From: Candidatus Moraniibacteriota bacterium | GTDB taxonomy: Bacteria; Patescibacteriota; Minisyncoccia; Moranbacterales; UBA1568 | DNA: 64,000 nt | Direction: 5' to 3' | Assembly: GCA_016699875.1 (NCBI GenBank) | Contig: CP064989.1 | Span: 1,013,332-1,077,331 of the forward strand | Part shown: positions 54,594-64,000 of the stretch, in pieces | Position numbering within the stretch: the stretch's first letter is position 1 | How the letters are laid out: each line of letters starts with the position of its first letter | Program-made: the position numbers and the translations under genes | Notes under the pieces: model-generated | Databases searched by the model: none | What the model saw: the letters and a program-made list of their open reading frames with translations, nothing else | Told to the model about the DNA's origin: nothing

Positions 54594-55661
54594 TTGAAAC
54601 ACAAAGGCAATATGAGGAAATTTCTTCTTGCTATACCGTTTGTACTCGTCGTTCTCTCACTTTCAGGGTGTTCGTTTCCCGGGGCCAGCTCTTCCGGTGG
54701 AGGTTCGGCAATTCTACGGTCATCTGATGGCGGGAAAACCTACATGCCGAAGGTAACTATAGATGCCAAGAAGACTATTGCGTCGGCAGATATTCTGTCC
54801 CTTGCATTCGAAGCAAGCAACCCAAGCCGCCTTATCTTGGGTACGCGTGAAAACGGTATCTTTGTAAGTGACAATGGCGGCGATGTGTGGAGGCAGTTGG
54901 TTTTTCCGCCTACCAAGACCTATGGACTCGTCGCTGACTGGAGCAATCCGGCAGTGCTCTATGCGACAGGCGTGTGGCAAAATCGCGGGAAGATCTATCG
55001 GAGCGAAGACCGCGGCGCAAAGTGGGATGAAATCTATACCGAGCCGAACACCGGGACAGTGGTAACGCTTCTGGCGCAGGATCCCAAGCATCCGGAAACG
55101 CTCTATGCGGGAACAAGCGCGGGCATTATCTTTCGCACGACAGATAGCGGAAAAACATGGGGAAGTCTCCAGGGAATTGATGCTCCGGCGCTCGCACTTT
55201 CATTTGATGTGGCTGGCGATACTTTTTATGTGCTGTCATCCGGAAAGGGGTTGTTTCGGTCGCGGGACGGCGGCGCAACATTCGACGCTATTCCCGGAAA
55301 ATCGAAGTCGTCTGTGACGAAGACGCTGCCCGAGGCGACGTCGATCGCGACGGATCCGTCCCGGTCGGGTATGCTCTATGTGGGGACAAAGAGCGGACTT
55401 TTCCGAAGTAAGGACTTTGGTGACACGTGGGAGGAGGTTTCGGTGATAGAAAGTTCGAAGAAATTTCCAATCCGGTCAATAGCAATCAATCCTCGGAATT
55501 CGAACGAGTTACTCTATGGAGCGGCTCTTGCTGTCTATAAATCAACTGACAACGGAACAACATGGTCGACGTACCAGTTAAATGCGAGTCGTGCCGCGGG
55601 AACGATTCGATACAGCCCTTCGGATTCGAATAGTATCTATCTCGGACTCCGAACATTTTAA
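54594..55661 (+). CDS. BNR/Asp-box repeat lipoprotein (Ycf48/sialidase-like beta-propeller)
   Basis: Lipobox LSLSGC. Seven S-x-D-x-G-x-T-W-type repeats (SDGGKTY, SDNGGDVW, SEDRGAKW, TDSGKTW, SRDGGATF, SKDFGDTW, STDNGTTW). Confidence 0.8.
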   Translation: MKHKGNMRKFLLAIPFVLVVLSLSGCSFPGASSSGGGSAILRSSDGGKTYMPKVTIDAKKTIASADILSLAFEASNPSRLILGTRENGIFVSDNGGDVWRQLVFPPTKTYGLVADWSNPAVLYATGVWQNRGKIYRSEDRGAKWDEIYTEPNTGTVVTLLAQDPKHPETLYAGTSAGIIFRTTDSGKTWGSLQGIDAPALALSFDVAGDTFYVLSSGKGLFRSRDGGATFDAIPGKSKSSVTKTLPEATSIATDPSRSGMLYVGTKSGLFRSKDFGDTWEEVSVIESSKKFPIRSIAINPRNSNELLYGAALAVYKSTDNGTTWSTYQLNASRAAGTIRYSPSDSNSIYLGLRTF

Positions 55662-55696
55662 GAGCGTCTTCACTTTGAAATTTTGAAATTTTTGCT

Positions 55697-56254
55697 ATGT
55701 ACCAGTCGATTATTTCTGAACGAAAGGACTTCTTTGAAGAAGCTATCAATCATTTCTCCGAAGAAATGGCCAAGATTCGAACCGGTCGGGCGACTCCGGC
55801 ATTGGTTGAACATGTGCTCGTTGATTATTACGGTACTCGTTCTCCGCTCAAACAGATTGCGAGTATTTCTGCACCGGAAGCTCGACTTCTGACGATACAG
55901 CCTTGGGATCGCGGAGCATTGGTTGCCATAGAATCCGCCATTCGCGAATCGGATTTGGGGCTCAACCCTTCAAATGACGGACAGATTATCCGTCTCTCGA
56001 TCCCGCCTCTTACGGAGGAAAGGCGGCGAGATCTGGTGAAATCGCTTAATCGAGTTGCCGAAGAGGCTCGCATCGCTATTCGGACGATACGTGAGGATGC
56101 TTGGAAGGAGATTCAGGACGCGGAAAAATCGGGCAATATGGGCGAGGATGATAAGTTCCACGGCAAAGACGCCTTACAGGAAGCGGTGGAATCATACAAC
56201 GCGCGCATAGAAGAAATGCGAAAGAAAAAAGAAGGAGAAATCATGACAGTGTAG
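55697..56254 (+). CDS. frr: ribosome recycling factor
   Basis: ...MAKIRTGRATPALVEHVLVDYYG...LLTIQPWDRGALVAIESAI...LNPSNDGQIIRLSIPPLTEERRRDLVK. Confidence 0.92.
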   Translation: MYQSIISERKDFFEEAINHFSEEMAKIRTGRATPALVEHVLVDYYGTRSPLKQIASISAPEARLLTIQPWDRGALVAIESAIRESDLGLNPSNDGQIIRLSIPPLTEERRRDLVKSLNRVAEEARIAIRTIREDAWKEIQDAEKSGNMGEDDKFHGKDALQEAVESYNARIEEMRKKKEGEIMTV

Positions 56255-56378
56255 GTGAAATTCCAGGTTGTAAATGACAAGTTCCGGATAAATTTTCTTA
56301 CAGCATCCAAAGATTCACAATGAATCGAGCCCCCGTTCTTTTGCTGCTTATGTGTAATTCAGCGATTCCTTTACCTCT

Positions 56379-57530
56379 ATGTCTATAGTACTGGTCTTCA
56401 TCATTGTTCTCGGAGCACTTATTTTTGTTCATGAATTGGGGCACTTCCTCATGGCGCGCAGGAGTGGTATGAAGGTAGAAGAATTTGGATTTGGCTTTCC
56501 GCCACGACTTGGCGGGTTCGTATGGAATGAGGAGAAAGGGCGGCATGTTTTTGTTGCGGGGAATAAAGACGTGTCGTCACCATATACGATATATTCAATC
56601 AATTGGATTCCTTTTGGCGGATTCGTCCGGATTAAGGGAGAAAATGGCGAGGGTGCCCAGGAGGATGACAGTTTTGCCTCGAAAGGCGCCGCCGATCGTA
56701 TCAAGACGCTTTCAGCGGGTGTCGTGATGAATTTTCTCTTTGCCTGGCTGCTTATATCCATCGTGCTCATGATCGGTTTTCCGCGAGCGATTGATCCGGA
56801 TGAAAAGGTGGACCCATCGAAAATAGAAGTGCAGATAGCACAAGTTGCGCCCGGGACTCCGGCGGAAGATATGGGCGCCAAGATGGGCGATACGATCGTA
56901 TCCGTAAATGGAAAGAAGTTCTTGCGCGTTGAAGATGTGCAAAAAATCATTCAAGAGAACAAAGGGAGGGAGTTGGCGATCGAGGTAAATCGCGGGAAAG
57001 AAACACTTCTCCTCCATGGCGTGCCGCGCGTTGACTATCCCGAAGATCAGGGGGCGCTCGGTATTGCGCTCGGTGAAATTACTATCGCTCGGTACCCATT
57101 CTTTGAAGCGATCGTGCAGGGCGCAGTCAATACTTGGCAAAACACGGTGATGATGGTGACGGGAATCGGGATGCTTCTTGGGAGTCTCTTCACTTGGAAT
57201 AGTGCTGGGCTTTCCGATGTGTCGGGGCCATTGGGTATTGCGTATCTTACCAAGGAAGTGACCAGTCTTGGCTTCGTCTATCTCCTCTATTTCACAGCAA
57301 TTTTGAGTATCAATCTCGGCGTGTTGAACATACTCCCATTTCCCGCGCTCGATGGCGGGCGAGTGCTCTTTGTTCTTATTGAGAAAATAAAAGGTTCGCC
57401 AGTAAGTCAACGTGTGGAAGGCATATTCCATCAGGTTGGTTTTTTGTTGCTCATCCTCTTGATGGTTGCCGTGACTGTTCACGACTTTGCCAAGTTTAAT
57501 ATCGTAGGGAAGATTATGGGACTTTTCTGA
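56379..57530 (+). CDS. rseP: site-2 protease RseP (M50 zinc metalloprotease) with PDZ domain
   Basis: HELGHFLMA HExxH motif in TM1; PDZ region; C-terminal ...NLGVLNILPFPALDGGRVL... (LDG motif). Confidence 0.9.
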   Translation: MSIVLVFIIVLGALIFVHELGHFLMARRSGMKVEEFGFGFPPRLGGFVWNEEKGRHVFVAGNKDVSSPYTIYSINWIPFGGFVRIKGENGEGAQEDDSFASKGAADRIKTLSAGVVMNFLFAWLLISIVLMIGFPRAIDPDEKVDPSKIEVQIAQVAPGTPAEDMGAKMGDTIVSVNGKKFLRVEDVQKIIQENKGRELAIEVNRGKETLLLHGVPRVDYPEDQGALGIALGEITIARYPFFEAIVQGAVNTWQNTVMMVTGIGMLLGSLFTWNSAGLSDVSGPLGIAYLTKEVTSLGFVYLLYFTAILSINLGVLNILPFPALDGGRVLFVLIEKIKGSPVSQRVEGIFHQVGFLLLILLMVAVTVHDFAKFNIVGKIMGLF

Positions 57531-57595
57531 TTTCGCATCTTTTCCCGAGTGCAGACTCTCTGTGATATGGGAGGCATCTCAATGTGTATACTTTT

Positions 57596-57636
57596 ATATA
57601 AAAATGGCTTCTGTAAGCCATTTTTATATTTCTTAT
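57596..57636 (+). terminator. intrinsic terminator after rseP
   Basis: AT-rich 15-bp stem tatataaaaatggctt/aagccatttttatat with ctgt loop, followed by ttcttatctt. Confidence 0.5.
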
Positions 57637-57714
57637 CTTGACAAGAATTGATTTATGCTGTACGGTACTTTGTTGCTGTGTTGGGCGTGCATGTCCCGCA
57701 TAGTTTGCCCATAA

Positions 57715-58485
57715 ATGCTTTCTATGGCCTACGAATCAGTGTTCTCAATTGTACGTAAGAAATGGGGGAGTATTTTTCTCTCCGGACTTCTTGCGGGGTC
57801 GCTCGCTTTCTTTTCGCTCGTCTTTTTCTCGAAACACTTCAAAGTGACGACGGATTTTCTGGTGGTGCAAACCGGCGCCGGACAGTCGCAGGATTTCTAT
57901 TCGATGCTCAAGTCGTCCGAATATCTCGGGAAAGTTTTGGCTGAATCGGTGCAGAGTGAGAAATTTATCGGCGCTGTCGTGGAAACAGGCGGCGTTGATG
58001 GAAACTTCTTGCCCGGAAATCCCAAGGATCGTCTCGATGCCTGGGAGAAAATGGTGAGGGTGGCAAATAATCCCGATGTTGGCACCCTGCACATAGAGGT
58101 GTATGACAATAGTGATCGCAATGCGCTTCGTGTCGCACAGGCGGTGGGACAAGTCTTGACCGAGAAAAATTCGCTCTTCCGAAGCGGCGACGAAAAAAGC
58201 GTCGAGATCCGCACCCTCTCCGGCCCCATCGTCGAGAAGAACCCGGATGTGCGAACGCTTCCCCTTGTGTTTCTTAGTGGATTGATATTCGGGATGCTAC
58301 TCCGATTTTCATGGGTATTTGTTAAAGAGTCGAATGCGCTGAATGCGGTGGAAGAAGAGGCAAGGACTTCTCTTTCTGCGAAGAAGCTTGGTGAGCATGC
58401 AAAAAATTCTCCTCAGGGCACGCTAGCTTTACCAACTCCTCCAAGTGGACTTGGATCGGACAGAATTACGTTCAACGATTGGTGA
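57715..58485 (+). CDS. Wzz-like polysaccharide co-polymerase/chain-length determinant (N- and C-terminal TM, periplasmic middle)
   Basis: TM helix near each terminus (GSIFLSGLLAGSLAFFSLVFF; LPLVFLSGLIFGMLL) bracketing a ~170-aa soluble domain. Sits among glycan-assembly genes. Confidence 0.5.
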   Translation: MLSMAYESVFSIVRKKWGSIFLSGLLAGSLAFFSLVFFSKHFKVTTDFLVVQTGAGQSQDFYSMLKSSEYLGKVLAESVQSEKFIGAVVETGGVDGNFLPGNPKDRLDAWEKMVRVANNPDVGTLHIEVYDNSDRNALRVAQAVGQVLTEKNSLFRSGDEKSVEIRTLSGPIVEKNPDVRTLPLVFLSGLIFGMLLRFSWVFVKESNALNAVEEEARTSLSAKKLGEHAKNSPQGTLALPTPPSGLGSDRITFNDW

Positions 58486-58637
58486 AATTTTTCGAGAATC
58501 GGTGCTTTCCCCTGATTTCTTTCTTATTCTCGTATAGAGAGAATTGAAGAAATCGGGGAGGGAATCGAAAGATTTGGTTCCTTTACATTTGAAGTTGCAA
58601 TCCAATCTACCTGTCTGATCTGATGGAGGGTGTCGAA

Positions 58638-59519
58638 ATGAAATCAAGACAGATATGTGTTCTTGTACTTCTCTTTTTCGTTGCCGGATGCACGATGAGT
58701 CCGAATGTGCTTCAGCTTCGTCAGGATGACGGAGATGATATCTCAAGAATACTCTATCCGATCGATCCGTATACGACAGTCGGCGTTATGAAAAGCGCTG
58801 ATATCGATACGGGAAGATTTGTTGCCGTGCTCGGCACATTTCCGGATGGTCTTTTCGGAGAATGGGATCGTCTGCGTATCAGATACTCTGGCTACGCGGT
58901 CGATGCTGCCGGGAAAGAGTACCGAGTACAGTCGCTCTTTGCCGGATTCAAAGCGTGCAGTCTCCGTCTGATAGTGCTCGTAGAAGGGGCTGAGAAGGCG
59001 GAAGGTCTCGCGATTATTACGCTTTCTACGCTTACGGATCAAGCCTATGATCTGCAAGGGAAACCCATCAAGTTTGGCGAGCATGGTGCGAGATTCGTTG
59101 ACCTAAAGAAAGAAGAGAGAATTCGTATCGCAAGAACATTCGGGAGTCCGGTTGATTCCACTCCGGGAGTAGATGGATTTTCCGAAGCGTTGAAGATGTG
59201 GAATACCTTTGAAACGCCAGTTGGGAAAATACTGTCCCCGTTGGGCGAAGATGGGGTAAAAGCTATTGCGAAGCATAATCCGCAATATTCTTTTCTTGAA
59301 AAGGTTGTCGGGACGGGATCATTTTCCGTAAGTCCGGACTGGGTAAGCACCACGATGAATCTGGTTGTCGAGTCTCTTCTTGCAATACAGGCTCCGAGTC
59401 AGGGGTTTGATTTGAATTCCGTAATGCCGAGTCGGGATTATATGGGATATCAGATAGCTCAGCTGTACCGTCTTATACAGGCCGGTCAGCAAGAGTGTGC
59501 CATTCAACAACGACCCTAG
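58638..59519 (+). CDS. hypothetical lipoprotein
   Basis: MKSRQICVLVLLFFVAGC lipobox; no other motif. Confidence 0.5.
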   Translation: MKSRQICVLVLLFFVAGCTMSPNVLQLRQDDGDDISRILYPIDPYTTVGVMKSADIDTGRFVAVLGTFPDGLFGEWDRLRIRYSGYAVDAAGKEYRVQSLFAGFKACSLRLIVLVEGAEKAEGLAIITLSTLTDQAYDLQGKPIKFGEHGARFVDLKKEERIRIARTFGSPVDSTPGVDGFSEALKMWNTFETPVGKILSPLGEDGVKAIAKHNPQYSFLEKVVGTGSFSVSPDWVSTTMNLVVESLLAIQAPSQGFDLNSVMPSRDYMGYQIAQLYRLIQAGQQECAIQQRP

Positions 59520-59537
59520 TGGTCGGAGGAGAATATC

Positions 59538-61244
59538 ATGAAAGTTTTTCAGATCTGCGTTGTTCTGGTGTGTGCTTTTTTGGCAAACACTCTACAGGCT
59601 GCCGAACAGCAGTGTGTGACAGTGGAGCGGGGCGACACGCTGGAGAAGATTGTCATTAATGACTTCCATCTGGAGCGTTCGGATGTCGATGCCATTGCTA
59701 CGGAAAATGACATTGCAAATAGAGATCTCATATACGCTGGAGACAAAGTGTGCAATCGCACTGTGTCATCAGCGGTTGCTGTGAGTCAACCGAAACCCGT
59801 GAAAGCTCAGGAGGAGGAAAAGGTATCGCGGGTATCAGTCAATTTGCCAGTGAAACCGGCTTCGAATCCGGGTAAGGCGGAGAAGCTGTATGCTCACGTG
59901 ATTCATTCGCTGGGGCACGCTCCGTTTGCGACAGAGAAAAGGCCGGCGACGCTGTCGGAGAATATAGCGGCGCTCAATGCGCTGGGGTACTCCAAGGTTG
60001 ATGCGGAGGAAATACTGCGCAAGAAAGCCTCCGGAGAAGTGGAGATCGTGGAAGTTCCGTGCGGCTCGATTATCCCTGAGATGATTTTCCGCGGAGGGAA
60101 AAAGATCTCCGGCGGTATCCTCATGGATTTCTGTCACGGGAAAAAACCGGCGCAGTCCGAGTTTGCCATCAAAGCGTGTGCAAACTCCGGGCGATGCGTC
60201 TATCAGTTCTCGACGTGCCGGAACTATTTCCCATCGTTTACAGCTCCGGACATCAAAGAGGTGAAGGTTCTGCCTCAGGAAGTGTCAAAGGCCGTTCCTC
60301 CGCGCATTCGTGCGGAAGGGGAAACTTCGCCGGCGCTTCTTGAATACGAGGCGAATGCCGGCGGGTTCTGGTGGAGAAATGGACTTGCAAAAGGCAATGC
60401 TCTTTGGGGCGAAGCCTTGCTTTGGACGCCGGATGCCGGAAAAGGAATCTCTTTCGGTGCAGGCGGATATGCGAGCAGTGGCGATGGAAACTCGAAAGTC
60501 GCTGCATACTCGTGGCACGAGAGATCGTATGGTGCCCAGGTTGGTGTGAAGGGAAACTATCTCGGTTCTCCGGATGAGGAGGGACGGAGATATCCGCGCA
60601 ATTGGCAAGTAAAGGCCCGTCTCCTGAAAGATCAGGTGGAAGGGAGCAATCCCGAGTCCGGCTATGCCATGGAACAGAACGGTCCAAAACAATGCGTCTA
60701 TGGCGAGTACATCGCCCAGAAGGACGCCTGGTGGACGTATGGCATTACCGGAGAGGGATGTGTGGCGAATCATCAGTCGATAAACTCGACCTGGGAGGGG
60801 GACAAACCCCAGGATCGCGGGTCCGTTCAGCTCAATGTCTTTGCTGAGCGGAGAATCACCAATCAGACGGCGGTTCGCGGCATTCTCGGTGTTGCTCACC
60901 AAAATTGGGACGATCTTACTCTTGGTCGCGGAACGCTCGAGCTCCGATATCGAGATAAGAAAAACGGACTTCTCGTAGCTGCCGGACCAAGTGTCGCGGT
61001 TCCTATCGGAAAGCTCCCGAAGGAATATGCTGGAGTCGCCAGGAGCAAACTGGTAACGCCGGCCGCCCTCATTCGCGTAGAGCTTGGAGGGGTGATTCGG
61101 AAAAAGGATGCAGAGAAGCGTGCTGAGAGTGTGCATCTCGCCGGAAGTCATGTGTCGGCAGCAACGCACCAACAGGCACCTCGCTCGGCTTCGAAATCAA
61201 AACCGAAGAGCTCGTGGAACTCCTATGGGTTCAACAACAAGTAG
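59538..61244 (+). CDS. secreted protein with an N-terminal LysM-like domain and a large uncharacterised C-terminal region
   Basis: Signal peptide (VVLVCAFLANTLQA). VTVERGDTLEKIV...NRDLIYAGDKV matches the LysM consensus. The remaining ~450 aa have no motif. Confidence 0.55.
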   Translation: MKVFQICVVLVCAFLANTLQAAEQQCVTVERGDTLEKIVINDFHLERSDVDAIATENDIANRDLIYAGDKVCNRTVSSAVAVSQPKPVKAQEEEKVSRVSVNLPVKPASNPGKAEKLYAHVIHSLGHAPFATEKRPATLSENIAALNALGYSKVDAEEILRKKASGEVEIVEVPCGSIIPEMIFRGGKKISGGILMDFCHGKKPAQSEFAIKACANSGRCVYQFSTCRNYFPSFTAPDIKEVKVLPQEVSKAVPPRIRAEGETSPALLEYEANAGGFWWRNGLAKGNALWGEALLWTPDAGKGISFGAGGYASSGDGNSKVAAYSWHERSYGAQVGVKGNYLGSPDEEGRRYPRNWQVKARLLKDQVEGSNPESGYAMEQNGPKQCVYGEYIAQKDAWWTYGITGEGCVANHQSINSTWEGDKPQDRGSVQLNVFAERRITNQTAVRGILGVAHQNWDDLTLGRGTLELRYRDKKNGLLVAAGPSVAVPIGKLPKEYAGVARSKLVTPAALIRVELGGVIRKKDAEKRAESVHLAGSHVSAATHQQAPRSASKSKPKSSWNSYGFNNK

Positions 61245-61333
61245 CAAGGAGAAATCTTAAACCTGGCAGTTGAACCATTTCTTGCAACTTCAAAAAACTC
61301 GTCGATGCTTCCCTCGATACGCTCGGGTGGACA

Positions 61334-61362
61334 TTGACAAAAGATCTGGGCCTTGATATATC
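61334..61362 (+). promoter_or_regulatory. sigma70-like promoter upstream of the 61490 gene
   Basis: TTGACA, 17 nt spacer, TATATC. Confidence 0.35.
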
Positions 61363-61489
61363 ACCATTGGTGTATATCGGAGGCCCCCTTAACGAAGATT
61401 TCAAATGGGCGAAGCATATTTGAAGTCTTCCAGAGGTACTGGTATTGACAGGGATGTTCTTTCTTAATCAAGCAAGAGGTTGTCAAGAG

Positions 61490-61891
61490 ATGAAAAGGTA
61501 TCTGTTTTCGTTCTTTGTGTGTGCAATGGTTGCCTTCTGCAGTCAGCCGGTTTCGGCGGCTAGCTGCAGCGTGCGAGTGCCATTCTCCGGACCGTGCGAA
61601 CTCTACTTCGGGTATGGGAGCGGTATCCAGCAGGTGAACGCTCCGGCTACGATCACGCTCTCCGGTAGCCCGGACAATCCGGATAAACCGACGCATTTCA
61701 ATTGCCGGCCGGCTCCCGGGACGCAGGGCGTGCCAGTGACGCCCGGCGGATGGGTTCTGGTCAAGAACGGGCCATCGCGCAACGTCCCATCTATTCCGGG
61801 CGCCGTGACTATGCCGTCGGAAGAGTATGGCGGTCTGGCGTCCGATGGTGCAGCGCTTACGTGTCTTGCCATGCTCCCTAACGGGAACTGA
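61490..61891 (+). CDS. small secreted hypothetical protein
   Basis: Signal peptide MKRYLFSFFVCAMVAFCSQPVSAAS; P/G-rich mature part. Confidence 0.45.
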   Translation: MKRYLFSFFVCAMVAFCSQPVSAASCSVRVPFSGPCELYFGYGSGIQQVNAPATITLSGSPDNPDKPTHFNCRPAPGTQGVPVTPGGWVLVKNGPSRNVPSIPGAVTMPSEEYGGLASDGAALTCLAMLPNGN

Positions 61892-61998
61892 CACAGTCTG
61901 CTTTCTCATGCAAGCTCTGGAACCCAACGTGGTTTCAGGGCTTGATTTTTTATATAATATGTGCTATTGTATTCAGTTGGAAAGTAGCGTGAAGACGT

Positions 61999-63492
61999 AT
62001 GGTCAATACAGCTGATTCTTCAAGGATTCGCCTCTTGTCTCGCGAGACCGTTGCGGCGGTTCTTATTATTGGGGTGCTTTCCGCTTCTCTCCTTTTTGGG
62101 TTGGTGTTTGGATTTTCGGCAGCGATGTTTCTTGTATCCGGGCTGGTAGCGGGAGTTGTTTCGTTTCTGTTTCCGCGTTCGGGTATCTATGCGACACTCT
62201 TTCTTCTGCTTGTTTTCGAGCGTTTCTATACGCTCCAACCGCTTTTGGTTGGGAAGACTATTTACCATATTTACCCGCTTGATATTGTTGTGGGTGCTAT
62301 TTTCTTTCGGATGTTTCTCGAACTATTCAGCGGGAATATGCGACTCCGATTGACGGCGCCGATCGGGTTTCTATTGGCATTTTTTGCATACGCTTCGATT
62401 CGTTTCGGGGTCGATATCTTGAGTGTGGGTGATCGGAGTCTCTCGACCGCTTTTAGTACCTGGAAGAACTACGTGTTCTATGGGGGTATTTCCATTTTTG
62501 TCGCTATGCTCTTTCAGGAGAAAGAGCACCTTGTTCGATTTGCAAAATTCTTCTCGGCGGGTGTGCTGGCGATAGTGATTTTCCTTGTTATCGGAATTGT
62601 GCGGGGTGAGGGACTGTGGACCGAATACACGCCGCTCTCGACATCGGGACACCGGATACTCGCTTTTCCGCACGCGTTTTATTTTTCTGTGGCATTTCTT
62701 GCAAGTACAACGCTTTTCACATTTCTGATGCAATGCTTGAAAGGCGTGTGGAGGGGGATTTTTCTGGTAGTGTACCCCGTATTTTTGGTGGGCATATTCG
62801 GATCCCTCATGCGTCATCTCTGGTTGGGAATATTCGTATCGCTTGTATTGAGTTTCCTTCTCTTCCGGAAGAGGGTTTTCCGATCGATTGCGAATATCGT
62901 GAAGCAGTATGCACTTGTCGCTTTGCTTCTCGCATCGCTTTCATTCACGGTGTTGCTGACGGTTTCTTCGGTAACTCCATCAGCAGGTGCGAGCGGCGAA
63001 GTGTTCAGAGTTTTTGCCGAGCGCCTGGTGTCTTTGGGGAATGCGGAGGACACAAGTATAGCCTGGCGCGGCGTTGTTTGGAAAAGTGCGCTTGCCGAGT
63101 TTTCAAAGAATCCTCTTTTCGGTATTGGATTCGGCAATCGCGTCTCTGTTGAAATGGACGGGTATCGAGATTATGTCGAAATACGAAATATGCACAACTC
63201 ATGGTTTGCGCTTTTGGTGCAGACGGGCATTCTCGGATTCTCTCTCTTTTTGTTCTTTGCGGGCAGTCTTCTCTTTCAAGGCATGCAAGTGTTCCGCGGA
63301 TTGGCAGATACTGACCTCCTAAGATCGGCGAGTATGGCACTGATGATAGTTATCATATTCTGCTCGGCTATATTTCTCTCGCAACCATATCTTGAAACCA
63401 ATCTCTTATCTCTCGTATTTTGGCTGAGTGCCGGATTGCTTTTTGCGGTGGAGAGTATTTTTCGTAGAAATTCGAAGTCGGAAGGGCTATGA
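61999..63492 (+). CDS. O-antigen-ligase/Wzy-like polytopic membrane protein (second copy)
   Basis: About 11 TM helices; ...WRGVVWKSALAEFSKNPLFGIGFGN... and NMHNSWFALLVQTGILGF, typical Wzy_C. Confidence 0.7.
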   Translation: MVNTADSSRIRLLSRETVAAVLIIGVLSASLLFGLVFGFSAAMFLVSGLVAGVVSFLFPRSGIYATLFLLLVFERFYTLQPLLVGKTIYHIYPLDIVVGAIFFRMFLELFSGNMRLRLTAPIGFLLAFFAYASIRFGVDILSVGDRSLSTAFSTWKNYVFYGGISIFVAMLFQEKEHLVRFAKFFSAGVLAIVIFLVIGIVRGEGLWTEYTPLSTSGHRILAFPHAFYFSVAFLASTTLFTFLMQCLKGVWRGIFLVVYPVFLVGIFGSLMRHLWLGIFVSLVLSFLLFRKRVFRSIANIVKQYALVALLLASLSFTVLLTVSSVTPSAGASGEVFRVFAERLVSLGNAEDTSIAWRGVVWKSALAEFSKNPLFGIGFGNRVSVEMDGYRDYVEIRNMHNSWFALLVQTGILGFSLFLFFAGSLLFQGMQVFRGLADTDLLRSASMALMIVIIFCSAIFLSQPYLETNLLSLVFWLSAGLLFAVESIFRRNSKSEGL

Positions 63493-64000
63493 AAATCCTC
63501 GAAGTAAACAAATTCTTCTATCTGCGAAGAGGTGCTGAACGGCACTTTATCGACCTTGTTCACCTGCTTGAAGAACATGGCAATGAGGTGGCCGTTTTTG
63601 CTATGGCGCATCCGGAGAATATCGATTCTCCATACTCGAAGTTCTTTCCATCGTATGTCGGTTTTAATAAAAACGACTCCACGATTTTTGAGCGATTGAA
63701 GGGGATATTGCGTTTGTGGTCAATAGGAAATCAGAGAAAAATGGAATTGTTGCTTGAGAAATTTCACCCGGATGTGGTTCATATACATAATATCTACCAT
63801 CAGCTTTCCCCGTCGATTCTCGCCCCCATAAAGAAGCGAGGTATCTCGATCGTTATGACGGTGCATGATTATAATCTTGTTTCTCCGGACAAGGATCGCT
63901 CACTCCGCAATCTTCATGGGAGATGGCTTCGGTTTCTTTTTGACAGGAACTACGCGCTTCCAAAGCGCATACTGCTTCTTCTGAAATTTCTTATTGAGAA
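63489..64000 (+). CDS. family-1 glycosyltransferase, N-terminal part (runs off window end)
   Basis: MKILEVNKFFYLRRGAERHFIDLVHLLEEHGNEVAVF..., a GT4-type N-terminal domain. The start overlaps the upstream stop (ATGA). Confidence 0.7.
   Translation, partial: MKILEVNKFFYLRRGAERHFIDLVHLLEEHGNEVAVFAMAHPENIDSPYSKFFPSYVGFNKNDSTIFERLKGILRLWSIGNQRKMELLLEKFHPDVVHIHNIYHQLSPSILAPIKKRGISIVMTVHDYNLVSPDKDRSLRNLHGRWLRFLFDRNYALPKRILLLLKFLIE

Noticed and set aside
54256-54727. Two short plus-strand ORFs (54256-54471, 54500-54727)
   Set aside because: They overlap tRNA-Lys or its flanks. The second translates the tRNA itself (…VVSSILTRPTF…).
1-64000. Search for CRISPR arrays, integrase/transposase genes, rRNA
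   Set aside because: No spaced direct repeats, no tyrosine or serine recombinase or DDE motifs, and no rRNA-like conserved stretches were seen. The serS-flanked insertion lacks its own recombinase.

Overview
This 64 kb window looks like a bacterial chromosomal segment of roughly 50-55% GC, possibly from an uncultivated lineage, though that cannot be established from sequence alone. Most of it is housekeeping. Recognisable genes are miaA, dnaE, rnhB, rpmF, nusB, rnc, an archaeal-type AspRS, mreBCD, PBP2, greA, uppP, folD, parA, an SMC-like ATPase, lysS, serS, frr and rseP. There are three tRNAs: Arg-CCG, Leu-CAA and Lys-TTT. Cell-envelope glycan genes are scattered through the window: GT1, GT2, an LCP-family protein, two Wzy/O-antigen-ligase-like proteins and a Wzz-like protein. 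A thymidylate module is also present: a P-loop kinase, a CYTH protein, dcd, an HD protein, thyA and folA. Five accessory-looking segments stand out. (1) An A+T-rich, tightly packed three-gene unit encoding a membrane protein, a SET-domain methyltransferase-like protein with an unrecognised N-terminal domain, and a multi-TM sensor histidine kinase (12.2-15.9 kb). (2) A ~3.3 kb insertion bracketed by a diverged duplicate of the serS 5' end. It carries a 533-aa protein with a Pol-beta/cGAS-like nucleotidyltransferase motif and an AAA+DUF4143-type ATPase (49.1-52.7 kb). (3) A low-GC block with an 838-aa acidic protein that has no recognisable domains. (4) A LysRS with a ~145-aa C-terminal PTH2-like extension. 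(5) A dnaE whose 3' tail continues in a +1 frame through low-complexity repeats. No CRISPR array, integrase or transposase was recognised.
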